Notes: generated by a model not told the origin, from the sequence alone. Shown: positions 30,261-38,221, counted from the stretch's first letter. The stretch: 64,000 nt of DNA from an uncultured Gammaproteobacteria bacterium (GCA_965231015.1 OZ246408.1:921908-985907); one strand, 5' to 3'. A program made the numbers and translations.

Positions 30261-30382
30261 TCTAAATTTAAGGTAACATAAGTTTGTGCTTTTGTAAAGG
30301 GGTTGTACCTCACAAATATCCCCAAGCCGCATAATCTACAGCATCCCATCCTTTATCCGAACTTTACTTCACATATAAACGA

Positions 30383-30421
30383 GTTGTGGCGAAATCGCTT
30401 CGCTCCTTCGCCACAACGGCC
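30383..30421 (+). repeat. 37-nt hairpin module gttgtggcgaaatcgcttcgctccttcgccacaac (copy 1)
   Basis: identical copy at 33059..33097; starts with GTTGTGG core. Confidence 0.7.
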
Positions 30422-30546
30422 GGCGGCTACGCCTTTTGTTGCGCTCGTCGCTACGCGACATCGCACAACAGTCAGCTATGCGGACATGGCCCGTCGACGA
30501 GCAAGCTCGTCTCCGGACCACGTCGCATAGCCGCCGGCCGTTATAT
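30411..30546 (+). repeat. attC-like site A (R'' CCACAAC, 15-bp arms ggccggcggctacgc/gcatagccgccggcc, R' GTTATAT then GAAAT)
   Basis: imperfect inverted repeat with AAC...GTT boundary cores seen directly. Confidence 0.6.
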
Positions 30547-30580
30547 GAAATAAATTTTTAAAAATTAACTCCGTAAAATT

Positions 30581-30937
30581 ATGAAACCACAAATTAAAGC
30601 GATATACATGTCCGTTAAGGATATGCAAAGAGCAGTAAAATTCTATGAGGAAATTTTTGATGTTAAAGTCTCTTCTTCTGATGAGAGGATGAGCTCTTTC
30701 GACTTTGAAAATATTTCCTTCCTTTTGTTTGATCCAAGTGCTGATGGTGAAGAGGCTTCAATTGGCAATAACGTTGTCCCAAATATTGAGGTGGAAGATG
30801 TTAATAAAATGTTAGATTTGATAAAACAGAAAGGTTGTGAGATTGTTATGCCATTGGAAGAAATCGATAAGTATTTGATTTTTCAAACAAAAGATACGGA
30901 AGGAAATATCATAGAATTTTACCAGATAGGCCGTTAA
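30581..30937 (+). CDS. VOC family protein (glyoxalase/bleomycin-resistance/dioxygenase fold), cassette 1
   Basis: 118 aa, betaalphabetabetabeta module pattern; MKPQIKAIYMSVKDMQRAVKFYEEIFDV. Confidence 0.7.
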   Translation: MKPQIKAIYMSVKDMQRAVKFYEEIFDVKVSSSDERMSSFDFENISFLLFDPSADGEEASIGNNVVPNIEVEDVNKMLDLIKQKGCEIVMPLEEIDKYLIFQTKDTEGNIIEFYQIGR

Positions 30938-30955
30938 TTTTTAAAAATTTACATC

Positions 30956-31100
30956 ACATAACAGCGTGTATCTGGTTCGGCAGATTTGACGCAATTAGAT
31001 TCAAAAGGAATGTCAAATCAGCCTCTCCCAAATTTCGCAAAAAACTATTAGATTTTCAAAGGAGTTTTTGCGAAACTTCAGATACACGCGGACGTTGTGG
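30956..31100 (+). repeat. attC-like site B (R'' ACATAAC, arms agcgtgtatctg/cagatacacgcg, R' GTTGTGG then CGAAAT)
   Basis: 12-bp near-perfect inverted arms immediately inside AAC/GTT cores. Confidence 0.65.
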
Positions 31101-31134
31101 CGAAATAATGAAAAATTCTTTTGCCCTATTGGGC

Positions 31135-31164
31135 AAATTTAATCGGGGCAATTTTTATTCATTT
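31135..31164. repeat. left copy of perfect 30-bp inverted repeat atttaatcggggcaatttttattcattttt
   Basis: reverse complement present at 32338..32367; brackets the ANT-like gene. Confidence 0.85.
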
Positions 31165-31173
31165 TTAACGCAT

Positions 31174-32349
31174 ATGAAGGGCATTAAAAAATACACACAC
31201 GAAGAAAGAGAAGCGGTTCTTTATGAAATGGTTCCGCTTATTAAGCGCAAGTTTGGAAAAAATCTTTTGGCTATTGCCGCGCGCGGATCATTTGCACGAA
31301 ACACAGATTTGCCATATTCCGATTTAGAGCTTTTTGCTTTCTTGAAAGAAATGCCACGCGGCCAGAAAAAACTTCCTTACGCAAAAATGCATAAAATCAG
31401 AAATGGCCTTTCTGTAGAGCTTATCTGGATTACTGAAAAAACATACATTAACGAAGTTAAAGAAGTTAACGGATCTTGGTTTGGTGTTGGCTCGGAAAAG
31501 CTCTTGCCTGTCTACGGTAAAAAATTCATTGACAAATTGAACCGACACAAGCCAAAGAATGTAAAACAAAAAGCTCTGGAACAAGCGGCGGCATTATGGC
31601 CGGGCATTTTCTTTTCAAGCTCTGCTGTTATAAAGATCGCGGAACAAAAAGATCATGAAAAGGTCGCCCTTGCCATGTATCACATGTTTGAAAACATTTT
31701 GAATTTTTTAGCATTTATCAACCAATCGCCATATTCAAGTAGCTCGCAAAAGATTATTGAATCCAAAAAATTCAAAATTAAGCCAAAAGATTTTTCAAAA
31801 CTACAACAACTGATACTTCATGGGGATTTTCGAAAATATACCGAGATTCAAAAATTAACAGCAAGCGTTGTTAAGGATCTAAAGGCATATCTCCAAAATG
31901 CAGGCTTTGAACCAAGCGAAGATCTTGTTAGTAAAAAACGACCCGACCAATTTGGTATGAAAGATAAAACGACTCGTTACGAGCAGGCCGTGGAGATATG
32001 GGAAAAGGTCCAAGAATCCACGACCAAAACCCTTAATGCCGCTGAAACAAAAAACAAAGAAGGTATGGCGACCGTTATTAATGACATGTTTTTTCAGTAT
32101 CTAAAAATTCTGTCCTGCCTGAATACAAAAACCTTAAGATTTTCACAAATCATCACCGACGCGAAAAAATTGAAATACAAACCGGCAGGATTCTCCAAGC
32201 TGATTAGAATTATCGAGAATGGAGAATACGGCCAATTTGTTGAGATCAAAAAAGTTGTCATGAGCGTTTTTGCTGGACTCGAGAGCAAACTTGAAAAGTT
32301 AGGATATGAATTCTATCAAGATAATGTAGATCCGAATAAAAATGAATAA
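31174..32349 (+). CDS. aminoglycoside 4'-nucleotidyltransferase-like (ANT(4')/KNTase family) with tandemly duplicated C-terminal helical domain, cassette 2 (ORF opens 31108)
   Basis: EEREAVLYEMVPLIKRKFGKNLLAIAARGSFARNTDLPYSDLELFAFL closely parallels KNTase REERMKIVHEIKERILDKYGDDVKAIGVYGSLGRQTDGPYSDIEMMCVM; residues about 185-300 and 305-413 are paralogous. Confidence 0.75.
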   Translation: MKGIKKYTHEEREAVLYEMVPLIKRKFGKNLLAIAARGSFARNTDLPYSDLELFAFLKEMPRGQKKLPYAKMHKIRNGLSVELIWITEKTYINEVKEVNGSWFGVGSEKLLPVYGKKFIDKLNRHKPKNVKQKALEQAAALWPGIFFSSSAVIKIAEQKDHEKVALAMYHMFENILNFLAFINQSPYSSSSQKIIESKKFKIKPKDFSKLQQLILHGDFRKYTEIQKLTASVVKDLKAYLQNAGFEPSEDLVSKKRPDQFGMKDKTTRYEQAVEIWEKVQESTTKTLNAAETKNKEGMATVINDMFFQYLKILSCLNTKTLRFSQIITDAKKLKYKPAGFSKLIRIIENGEYGQFVEIKKVVMSVFAGLESKLEKLGYEFYQDNVDPNKNE

Positions 32350-32367
32350 AAATTGCCCCGATTAAAT
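32338..32367. repeat. right copy of perfect 30-bp inverted repeat (overlaps ANT-like stop codon)
   Basis: aaaaatgaataaaaattgccccgattaaat = reverse complement of 31135..31164. Confidence 0.85.
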
Positions 32368-32403
32368 AATTCGCTATCGCGAATTAAGAATTTTCATTAC
32401 ATC

Positions 32404-32490
32404 GTACAACAGCGTGTATGAGACTACGGCTTTTTACAAAAGCCTCCGCCCAAATTGCTACGCAACTTCGCATACACGCGAACGTTAACT
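32404..32490 (+). repeat. attC-like site C (R'' GTACAAC, arms agcgtgtatg/catacacgcg, R' GTTAACT then GAAAT)
   Basis: seen directly; 87 bp. Confidence 0.65.
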
Positions 32491-32720
32491 GAAATTTGCC
32501 TTAATTACTTTCATAAATAACGTATGCATTTACTCAAAAAAATAATATCACCCATACTGTACGTAGCTTTTCTCGCCCCTGTCTTCATAGGCACTATTGC
32601 CGTTATTGCATTTTAGAATTTACTATTGGTCTGTCGAGTTTTATTCTAACAGGACTCCCAGAAGTATTTATCTCATTTATTGCAATAGGCGGTTTATTAT
32701 TTTGGTTAGCCAACAAACTA

Positions 32721-32945
32721 ATGACGGGACTCGAAAATCTACTCAAACCAAATATACTCGATCACCTTCGTCAATCATCTTTGTACTATTATACAGTAGT
32801 TTACGCATTAATTGCGCTAATACGGTCTGGCTATCACGGCGGTCTCGGAGAAGCATACATGCTAATTGGATTGGCAACTTCAGTATGGGCGATTATTGTT
32901 AATGCAATTTTTTTGTATAAACGACGTAAGGCAAACATCAGCTAA
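32721..32945 (+). CDS. small 2-TM membrane protein, cassette 3 (possible frameshifted longer form from 32524)
   Basis: 74-aa ORF; upstream frames encode MHLLKKIISPILYVAFLAPVFIGTIAVIAF and ...EFTIGLSSFILTGLPEVFISFIAIGGLLFWLANKL which join with a 1-nt shift near a tttt run at 32611. Confidence 0.4.
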   Translation: MTGLENLLKPNILDHLRQSSLYYYTVVYALIALIRSGYHGGLGEAYMLIGLATSVWAIIVNAIFLYKRRKANIS

Positions 32946-33065
32946 CACTGCGTATGCGGTTACGGCTTGCTCCGTGCCTCCGCAAGCCTCCACCCATATT
33001 TGCCACTGCTACCGCTTCGCGATATTATAGCAGTGGCAAACATCGCCTATTCACGGACGTTGTGG
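32940..33065 (+). repeat. attC-like site D (R'' AGCTAAC overlapping stop codon, internal stems ccactgcta/tagcagtgg and ggcttgc/gcaagcc, R' GTTGTGG then CGAAAT) followed by hairpin module copy 2 (33059..33097)
   Basis: seen directly. Confidence 0.55.
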
Positions 33066-33152
33066 CGAAATCGCTTCGCTCCTTCGCCACAACGGCCAAT
33101 AAATTCTTTTTATTTATAATTTGGGGGAGTTTTATTCTCGCTTCGTAAAAAT

Positions 33153-33674
33153 ATGTCAAAATCACTGAATATAAAATTTGAAAAAGCTGTGCGAATTTTG
33201 TCGGAATATATGCCACCGTCTGATGAAAATAGCAAAAAGCCTGTGATGTTTCACGACATACGCGTTGGCGTGTATTTATATGAAAATGGTTATTCAGAAG
33301 ATGTTGTTTTGGCTGGCATTTTGCACGATACGATTGAATGGTCTGGTGCTAACGAACAATTATTGAGAGATGAATTCGGCGACAATGTTGTCCGCTTGAT
33401 TTTTGCAAGCACCAAAGATGATACGATTGTAGACAAGGTGGAAAAAACAAACGAACTGATCCAAAGGTGTGTGCAAAACGGGCAAGAAGCTCTTATTGTA
33501 AAAACCGCTGATATTATTGATAGCTTCAAGTGGTATGCCAGCCAAAACAACGAGGACGAACTGAAAAACCATTGTGTAAAGAACGCCAACGCTATTTTCA
33601 AATTTAAACCGGAAGATTTTGACGATAAAATATTTGATGAGCTTAAAATCTGGCAAGAAAGATTTGCGGTATAA
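33153..33674 (+). CDS. HD-domain metal-dependent phosphohydrolase, cassette 4
   Basis: H...HD...D motif: FHDIRVG and GILHDTIEW; 173 aa. Confidence 0.7.
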   Translation: MSKSLNIKFEKAVRILSEYMPPSDENSKKPVMFHDIRVGVYLYENGYSEDVVLAGILHDTIEWSGANEQLLRDEFGDNVVRLIFASTKDDTIVDKVEKTNELIQRCVQNGQEALIVKTADIIDSFKWYASQNNEDELKNHCVKNANAIFKFKPEDFDDKIFDELKIWQERFAV

Positions 33675-33729
33675 AACCGAATAAAACTTCCCCAAATACA
33701 TTAAGGAAGGAAGAATTTATTGGCACATC

Positions 33730-33819
33730 GGACAACACGGCATATCCGGTTCAAGAATTTTTGTTCCTCCGCCAGCCAGCGGATACACAAAAACTTCGGA
33801 TGATGCCGATACGTTAGGC
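33730..33819 (+). repeat. attC-like site E (R'' GGACAAC, arms acggcatatccg/cggatgatgccg, R' GTTAGGC)
   Basis: seen directly; 90 bp. Confidence 0.6.
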
Positions 33820-33846
33820 GCAATATCATTTTAATCAATTTTCCTT

Positions 33847-34443
33847 ATGGCAGACACAATTCTACTAAACAACGAAGCTTATCATATTAGCGAGGACGAC
33901 CTTCCTTGCCTCATTCATTATGCACCGAAAGCTGGCGGGTCTCATTTCTCAGTAGCAATGGTCGCTGATTTGTTTTTGCGTGGCTCAAAAATTTTGTTTC
34001 TTACAGCATATCCAATGGCCAAGGATAATTTTTTACAACAGATTAAAGGAGAAGAATCAAAAACTGCTTTTATCACTAATGCGAGTCAGCTTAACACTGA
34101 TGCACAAGCAATTATTCTGGAAAGTGGCAACGAAAAGCTATTTCTGCAAGCGGTTGAAAAGCTGGATGATCTAAACGAGCGTGTCGTGCTTGTAAAAAAT
34201 ATAGAAGTGTTCAGCGACGCAGTTTTTGAATCTTGTTTGAAACTGCAAAAAATTATCCTTTCCGGCAACTTAGACGAGTGCTCAATGAAAAAACAAATCA
34301 GCGAGAAGCAATATAAAACGACTGTAGTTTTCAGCAAGTCAGAAACTCCATTAAAAGTCGAGCCACCAGAGCTGGAAAAATACAAAGGTTATCTTTGGAG
34401 CGACGGCAAGGAAGGTCTAGTATCAGTTCAAATGGAAAATTGA
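33847..34443 (+). CDS. hypothetical protein, cassette 5
   Basis: 198-aa ORF beginning 28 nt after R' core. Confidence 0.5.
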   Translation: MADTILLNNEAYHISEDDLPCLIHYAPKAGGSHFSVAMVADLFLRGSKILFLTAYPMAKDNFLQQIKGEESKTAFITNASQLNTDAQAIILESGNEKLFLQAVEKLDDLNERVVLVKNIEVFSDAVFESCLKLQKIILSGNLDECSMKKQISEKQYKTTVVFSKSETPLKVEPPELEKYKGYLWSDGKEGLVSVQMEN

Positions 34444-34503
34444 TTAAAATGATACTCTTCGCCCGCCCTTCGGGACGTTGCACTCGGGCTCGACCTGCGG
34501 CGC

Positions 34504-34620
34504 GCCTAACACAGAATATGCGGTTTCACTCCCGTTGGTCGCTACACCCATATTTGCCAGAGGTCGCCCTTCGGGCATATTATACCGCTGTCAAACATCG
34601 CATACTGCGGAACGTTAGGC
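34504..34620 (+). repeat. attC-like site F (R'' GCCTAAC and R' GTTAGGC perfectly complementary; arms cagaatatgcg/cgcatactgcgg; then GAAAT); possible extra degenerate core GTTGCAC at 34477
   Basis: seen directly; 117 bp. Confidence 0.7.
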
Positions 34621-34671
34621 GAAATAATTTTCGGGGGCTACGTAAGATAACTTTTATTTACTTTAAACAAT

Positions 34672-35319
34672 ATGTCCAAAGTAATGAATCCAAAAATCAA
34701 AATCAAAGAAACTGCACTTCTTGTTATTGATGTCACTAACGCATGGGCTCATCCAACTTGCGAGATTAAAAAGTGGGATGTTACATTTGGGAAAATCCGC
34801 AAAATGGTCCCAAAACTCCAGAAATTCATTAAAGATTATCAATCAGTAGGTGGTAATGTTATTTACATAAAAAGCACACCTTGGGATAAGAAACATTTAG
34901 CCAAAAATCTTATTGAGTTTTACAAAGATCCTGCGGTTTGTTTTTATTCAAGAAATATTTATTCAGACAAAGTCAGAAAGTTTTCAGATGAATTTTACAA
35001 AATAAGTCCTGAAAAAAATGATGTTGTTCTTGAAAAAAACAGTTATGATGCTTTTGTTAATCCACAACTCAATAAGATTTTGAAAAAGAAGAAAATTAAG
35101 TATCTTATCCCGACCGGAGTTTTGGGAGATGGTTGTGTACACGCAACAATTCAGGGCGGATTTTCCCAAGGATATAATTATCTCATTCTAAAAGATTTAG
35201 TTGAAACAACAGATTTACCAATCAGACAAAGATTGATAAAAATGATGAGAGAATTCTATTGGCCCATGCTTTATGGAAAAACTATCAATGCTAAAAGTTT
35301 CTTTGATTTTGTGGAGTAG
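34672..35319 (+). CDS. isochorismatase-family cysteine hydrolase, cassette 6
   Basis: ALLVIDVTNAW (catalytic Asp region) and LIPTGVLGDGCVHATIQGG (catalytic Cys). Confidence 0.75.
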   Translation: MSKVMNPKIKIKETALLVIDVTNAWAHPTCEIKKWDVTFGKIRKMVPKLQKFIKDYQSVGGNVIYIKSTPWDKKHLAKNLIEFYKDPAVCFYSRNIYSDKVRKFSDEFYKISPEKNDVVLEKNSYDAFVNPQLNKILKKKKIKYLIPTGVLGDGCVHATIQGGFSQGYNYLILKDLVETTDLPIRQRLIKMMREFYWPMLYGKTINAKSFFDFVE

Positions 35320-35390
35320 AACGCCCCCGAAAATTACTTGCTCACTTCGTTCGCACCCCGCTGCGCTCTCCTCCCGTTGGTCGTCGGATC

Positions 35391-35455
35391 ACTTAACAAG
35401 GATTATGAGGAAAATGGCTCGGCTCGGCATTTTCCTCATAATCCTGACGTTAGGA
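35391..35455 (+). repeat. attC-like site G1 (R'' ACTTAAC, perfect 18-19-bp arms aaggattatgaggaaaatg/cattttcctcataatcct, R' GTTAGGA)
   Basis: seen directly; 65 bp. Confidence 0.7.
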
Positions 35456-35529
35456 CGCCATCGCGAGCTACGCTCGCTCTCGTCGTCCGCCGGTGGCGGC
35501 CACTTCGCATCAGTCGCAGCCCGTTATGT
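35456..35529 (+). repeat. GC-rich palindromic repeat G2 ending GTTATGT GAAATAA (same end-class as site A)
   Basis: last 30 nt align with 30517..30553 (tcgcatNagNcgcNgcc GTTATRTGAAATAA). Confidence 0.55.
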
Positions 35530-35866
35530 GAAATAACTAAAAATATATTACTTATAATTAAACATAACGATATGCCAAATCTAATGGACATATGTGAGTC
35601 TTTAGCTCAAGAAGGAAGACTTGCACAAAACTACGTATAATTTCAAAAAACCGTAAAGGATAAAGGAGGTAAGGCCAAGTTTGGAGAATTATCAAAGCTA
35701 TCTGAAAAACAAATGGAAATTTTACTCGATCTTATTAAAGAAGGAAATTGGCCCAACCAGAAAGGTTAGGTCAGCTGTTTACCAGCCGACAATTGCGACC
35801 ACAACTTGGGAATCTAATCACAAAGATTCCCTTTTTTTATTTCTAAAAAAATTGTATAATGGCCTT

Positions 35867-36403
35867 ATGAAATGGAAAAAACTAAGCTCTAAAATAGTTT
35901 ATAAAAACCCTTGGTTACAGCTAAGGGAAGATACAGTAATTCGCCCTGACGGCAAAAAAGGGAAATATGGTATTGTTGAACGGCCGCCTGTAAATTTTAT
36001 CATCGCTTTAGACAAGGGGGGATCAATTTTTTTTATTAAAGAATACAGATATCCAATAAAAAAAACTATCTTACAGCTACCAGCTGGCACCACGGATAAA
36101 AATAAAAGTGCTCTAACTTCCGCCAAACAAGAACTTTTTGAAGAATCAGGATTAAAGGCTAAAAATTGGAAAAAGATTGGTAAGTTTTATATCGGCCCGG
36201 GACACGAAAGTATTTACGCCAATGTATTTCTAGCAACGGAACTAATTTTAGTAAAAAATAAATTGGATCGGCCGGGAGATGAGTTAATATTTAAAGTCAT
36301 AAAGTTGCCTATTGTAAAAATCAAACAATTAATAAAGTCTGATAAAATTGAATGTGGTATAACGCTGGCCGCTTTAAATTTATATTTTTCAAAAAATAAA
36401 TAA
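35867..36403 (+). CDS. NUDIX hydrolase (ADP-ribose pyrophosphatase-like); ORF opens at TTG 35681 preceded by strong SD aaaggaggt
   Basis: Nudix box TSAKQELFEESGL; typical N-terminus MKWKKLSSKIVYKNPWLQLREDTV; TTGTATAAT extended -10 at 35854. Confidence 0.7.
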   Translation: MKWKKLSSKIVYKNPWLQLREDTVIRPDGKKGKYGIVERPPVNFIIALDKGGSIFFIKEYRYPIKKTILQLPAGTTDKNKSALTSAKQELFEESGLKAKNWKKIGKFYIGPGHESIYANVFLATELILVKNKLDRPGDELIFKVIKLPIVKIKQLIKSDKIECGITLAALNLYFSKNK

Positions 36404-36423
36404 TAAATATAAGTAAATAAAAA

Positions 36424-36465
36424 AGAGGGATCAAAATTATCATATTCTGGTCCCTCGTATTTTTT
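36424..36465. terminator. bidirectional terminator between NUDIX and radical SAM genes
   Basis: agagggatca...tggtccctc hairpin with aaaaa before and gtatttttt after. Confidence 0.6.
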
Positions 36466-37939
36466 AACCAGCCTCGAAACAAAATGGCTGGTCAGATGGC
36501 TCAATACCAATCTGATAGTCGTCAGCCAACTTCTCCAATAATGCATTCAAGGAAATCTGACCGGGCATACAGAATTTACAGTGGATGCCTAGCTCTTTAC
36601 CGGCAGCACTCCGCATAATGTCGGAAAAATTACAACCATCGCTGATTTGGCCAAGAACGTATTCTCGTGGTGACTTAGAGCGAGTATACGGCTCTCCAAT
36701 GGAATCGCAGGCTCCCACAATACCGAAAGGATCAATTGCCGGTCTTATTACTGGAATTAAGCAACGCTTTGGTTGCGTCAATTCCATCTCTCCCCATTTG
36801 TCCATCGCAATCAGGAGATCATCGGCAAATGACACACTGAAACCCAGCTGACCATTTTCGATTTGAGAACGCAATTCACGCAAACTTTCAAGCATTTCCT
36901 CATATTGATAACTTGAAAGTTCTCTGGTTACACCGATACAGTCCACCCTCACATCAAGGAAATCAATTTCAAGATCGGAACAAAGTTTCGCCACACCGGC
37001 TACTTCTGCATAGTTTAACTCCTGTAAAACTATACCTATCCCAACCTTCAACCTTTCACCTCGTTGCTTTTTGAGAGCCACGATTTTTCTTATCCCGTTC
37101 AGCACGGCTTCCAAATCATTGGCTCCCAAGGAGCGATTGATAAGTCTTGAATAAATCTCTGGTGTCGCCGCATGTATACTGATTCTCAACCAAGTAGAAC
37201 TTAAGACGGAATCTAGTAACTCTTGATTTAAGCCACAAAGCGTCCGGCCATTGGTGTAAATCATGGTTTCAAGACCAATGGAGTTAGCCTTGTCTAGAAC
37301 CGGCTTGATCTTGGCTTGCGACAGCAAGGTTTCACCACCACCAGAGAATATAATCTGCCTGGTGCCTAAACCTTTTACCTCCTCCAAAATCTTGCACCAT
37401 TGATCTGGCGTGAGCAAGCGCTCTGCCCCATAAAAGTCAGCGACAGGATTTCTTTGCTTTTGGCCACCACACCAAATGCACATCTGACACCTATAAATGC
37501 AAATGGCGTCAGTGGGATGAATTTCCAGCATCATGGGTCCTACTATTTCTCCCCGCAGGATTTTAGGCAAATATTGAGAATTTTGCCGCATGAAACCCAG
37601 TAGGTTCGTGGCAGATTTGATTAGCAAAGATCTTGGATACTGATTGCTCAGAAATACCGCCTTTGCTAGTTTTGACTCCCGCATAAAACGATGTGTAGAC
37701 AACAACTCGTCTCTCGAAATTTCCTTGTGACGCAAGATTGATTTTGCTTTACGCGCTGGGTCAAAGAAATATTCAACCAAGACAGAAAAAGTCAAGCCAA
37801 ACGATTTGTCATTTAAAACAGTCTCTACACCCATAAATAACTCATAGGCTTGACCTTCGGCTTCGTCAAGGTTGATAAGACCATCGTGAAAACGATGCAT
37901 TATATCAACCAACTTTGCAACAGCACTGTTCTCTAACAT
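36464..37939 (-). CDS. radical SAM protein with about 130-aa N-terminal extension; function unknown
   Basis: Cx3Cx2C (CIYRCQMC), GGE-type motif FSGGGETLL, C-terminal Cys pairs (HCKFC). Confidence 0.8.
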   Translation of the reverse strand: MLENSAVAKLVDIMHRFHDGLINLDEAEGQAYELFMGVETVLNDKSFGLTFSVLVEYFFDPARKAKSILRHKEISRDELLSTHRFMRESKLAKAVFLSNQYPRSLLIKSATNLLGFMRQNSQYLPKILRGEIVGPMMLEIHPTDAICIYRCQMCIWCGGQKQRNPVADFYGAERLLTPDQWCKILEEVKGLGTRQIIFSGGGETLLSQAKIKPVLDKANSIGLETMIYTNGRTLCGLNQELLDSVLSSTWLRISIHAATPEIYSRLINRSLGANDLEAVLNGIRKIVALKKQRGERLKVGIGIVLQELNYAEVAGVAKLCSDLEIDFLDVRVDCIGVTRELSSYQYEEMLESLRELRSQIENGQLGFSVSFADDLLIAMDKWGEMELTQPKRCLIPVIRPAIDPFGIVGACDSIGEPYTRSKSPREYVLGQISDGCNFSDIMRSAAGKELGIHCKFCMPGQISLNALLEKLADDYQIGIEPSDQPFCFEAG

Positions 37940-38192
37940 GATCTCATCTCCTTTATCGAGGTTAGTTGTTTTTTAAGGAACATAAGACTAATTTAGTCGT
38001 TAAAACAACATATCATAGCACGAATGATCAATCAAGGATTTAAATAATAATTTGTACTAATTTTGTAATTATTACAAAAAATATAATACTATTAAATACA
38101 AGGAGTCTTGGCTTTTGCGCATTCACCCCCACCCCTCTGCCCCTACGCCAAGACGAAAAAAAATTTGTTAATTTAGGACGCCATCGCGAGCT

Positions 38193-38221
38193 TCCTCCTT
38201 CGCTAAAGCTTCGGAGGACAG
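38193..38221. repeat. 29-nt hairpin repeat tcctccttcgctaaagcttcggaggacag (copy 1, inserted into a G2-like repeat)
   Basis: identical copy at 44972..45000; flanking sequence taggacgccatcgcgagc identical to 35452..35469. Confidence 0.75.

Noticed and set aside
30380-35530. Possible CRISPR array (recurring palindromic repeats)
   Set aside because: Repeats are long (65-145 bp), unequal and mutually dissimilar except at their AAC/GTT ends, and each follows a full-length ORF. No cas genes and no short regular spacers were seen; the pattern fits integron attC sites instead.
35338-35640. 100-aa plus-strand ORF
   Set aside because: Runs through attC-like repeats G1/G2 (palindromic, GC-rich); translation is Arg/Ser/Leu-rich and has no start context; better explained as non-coding repeat.
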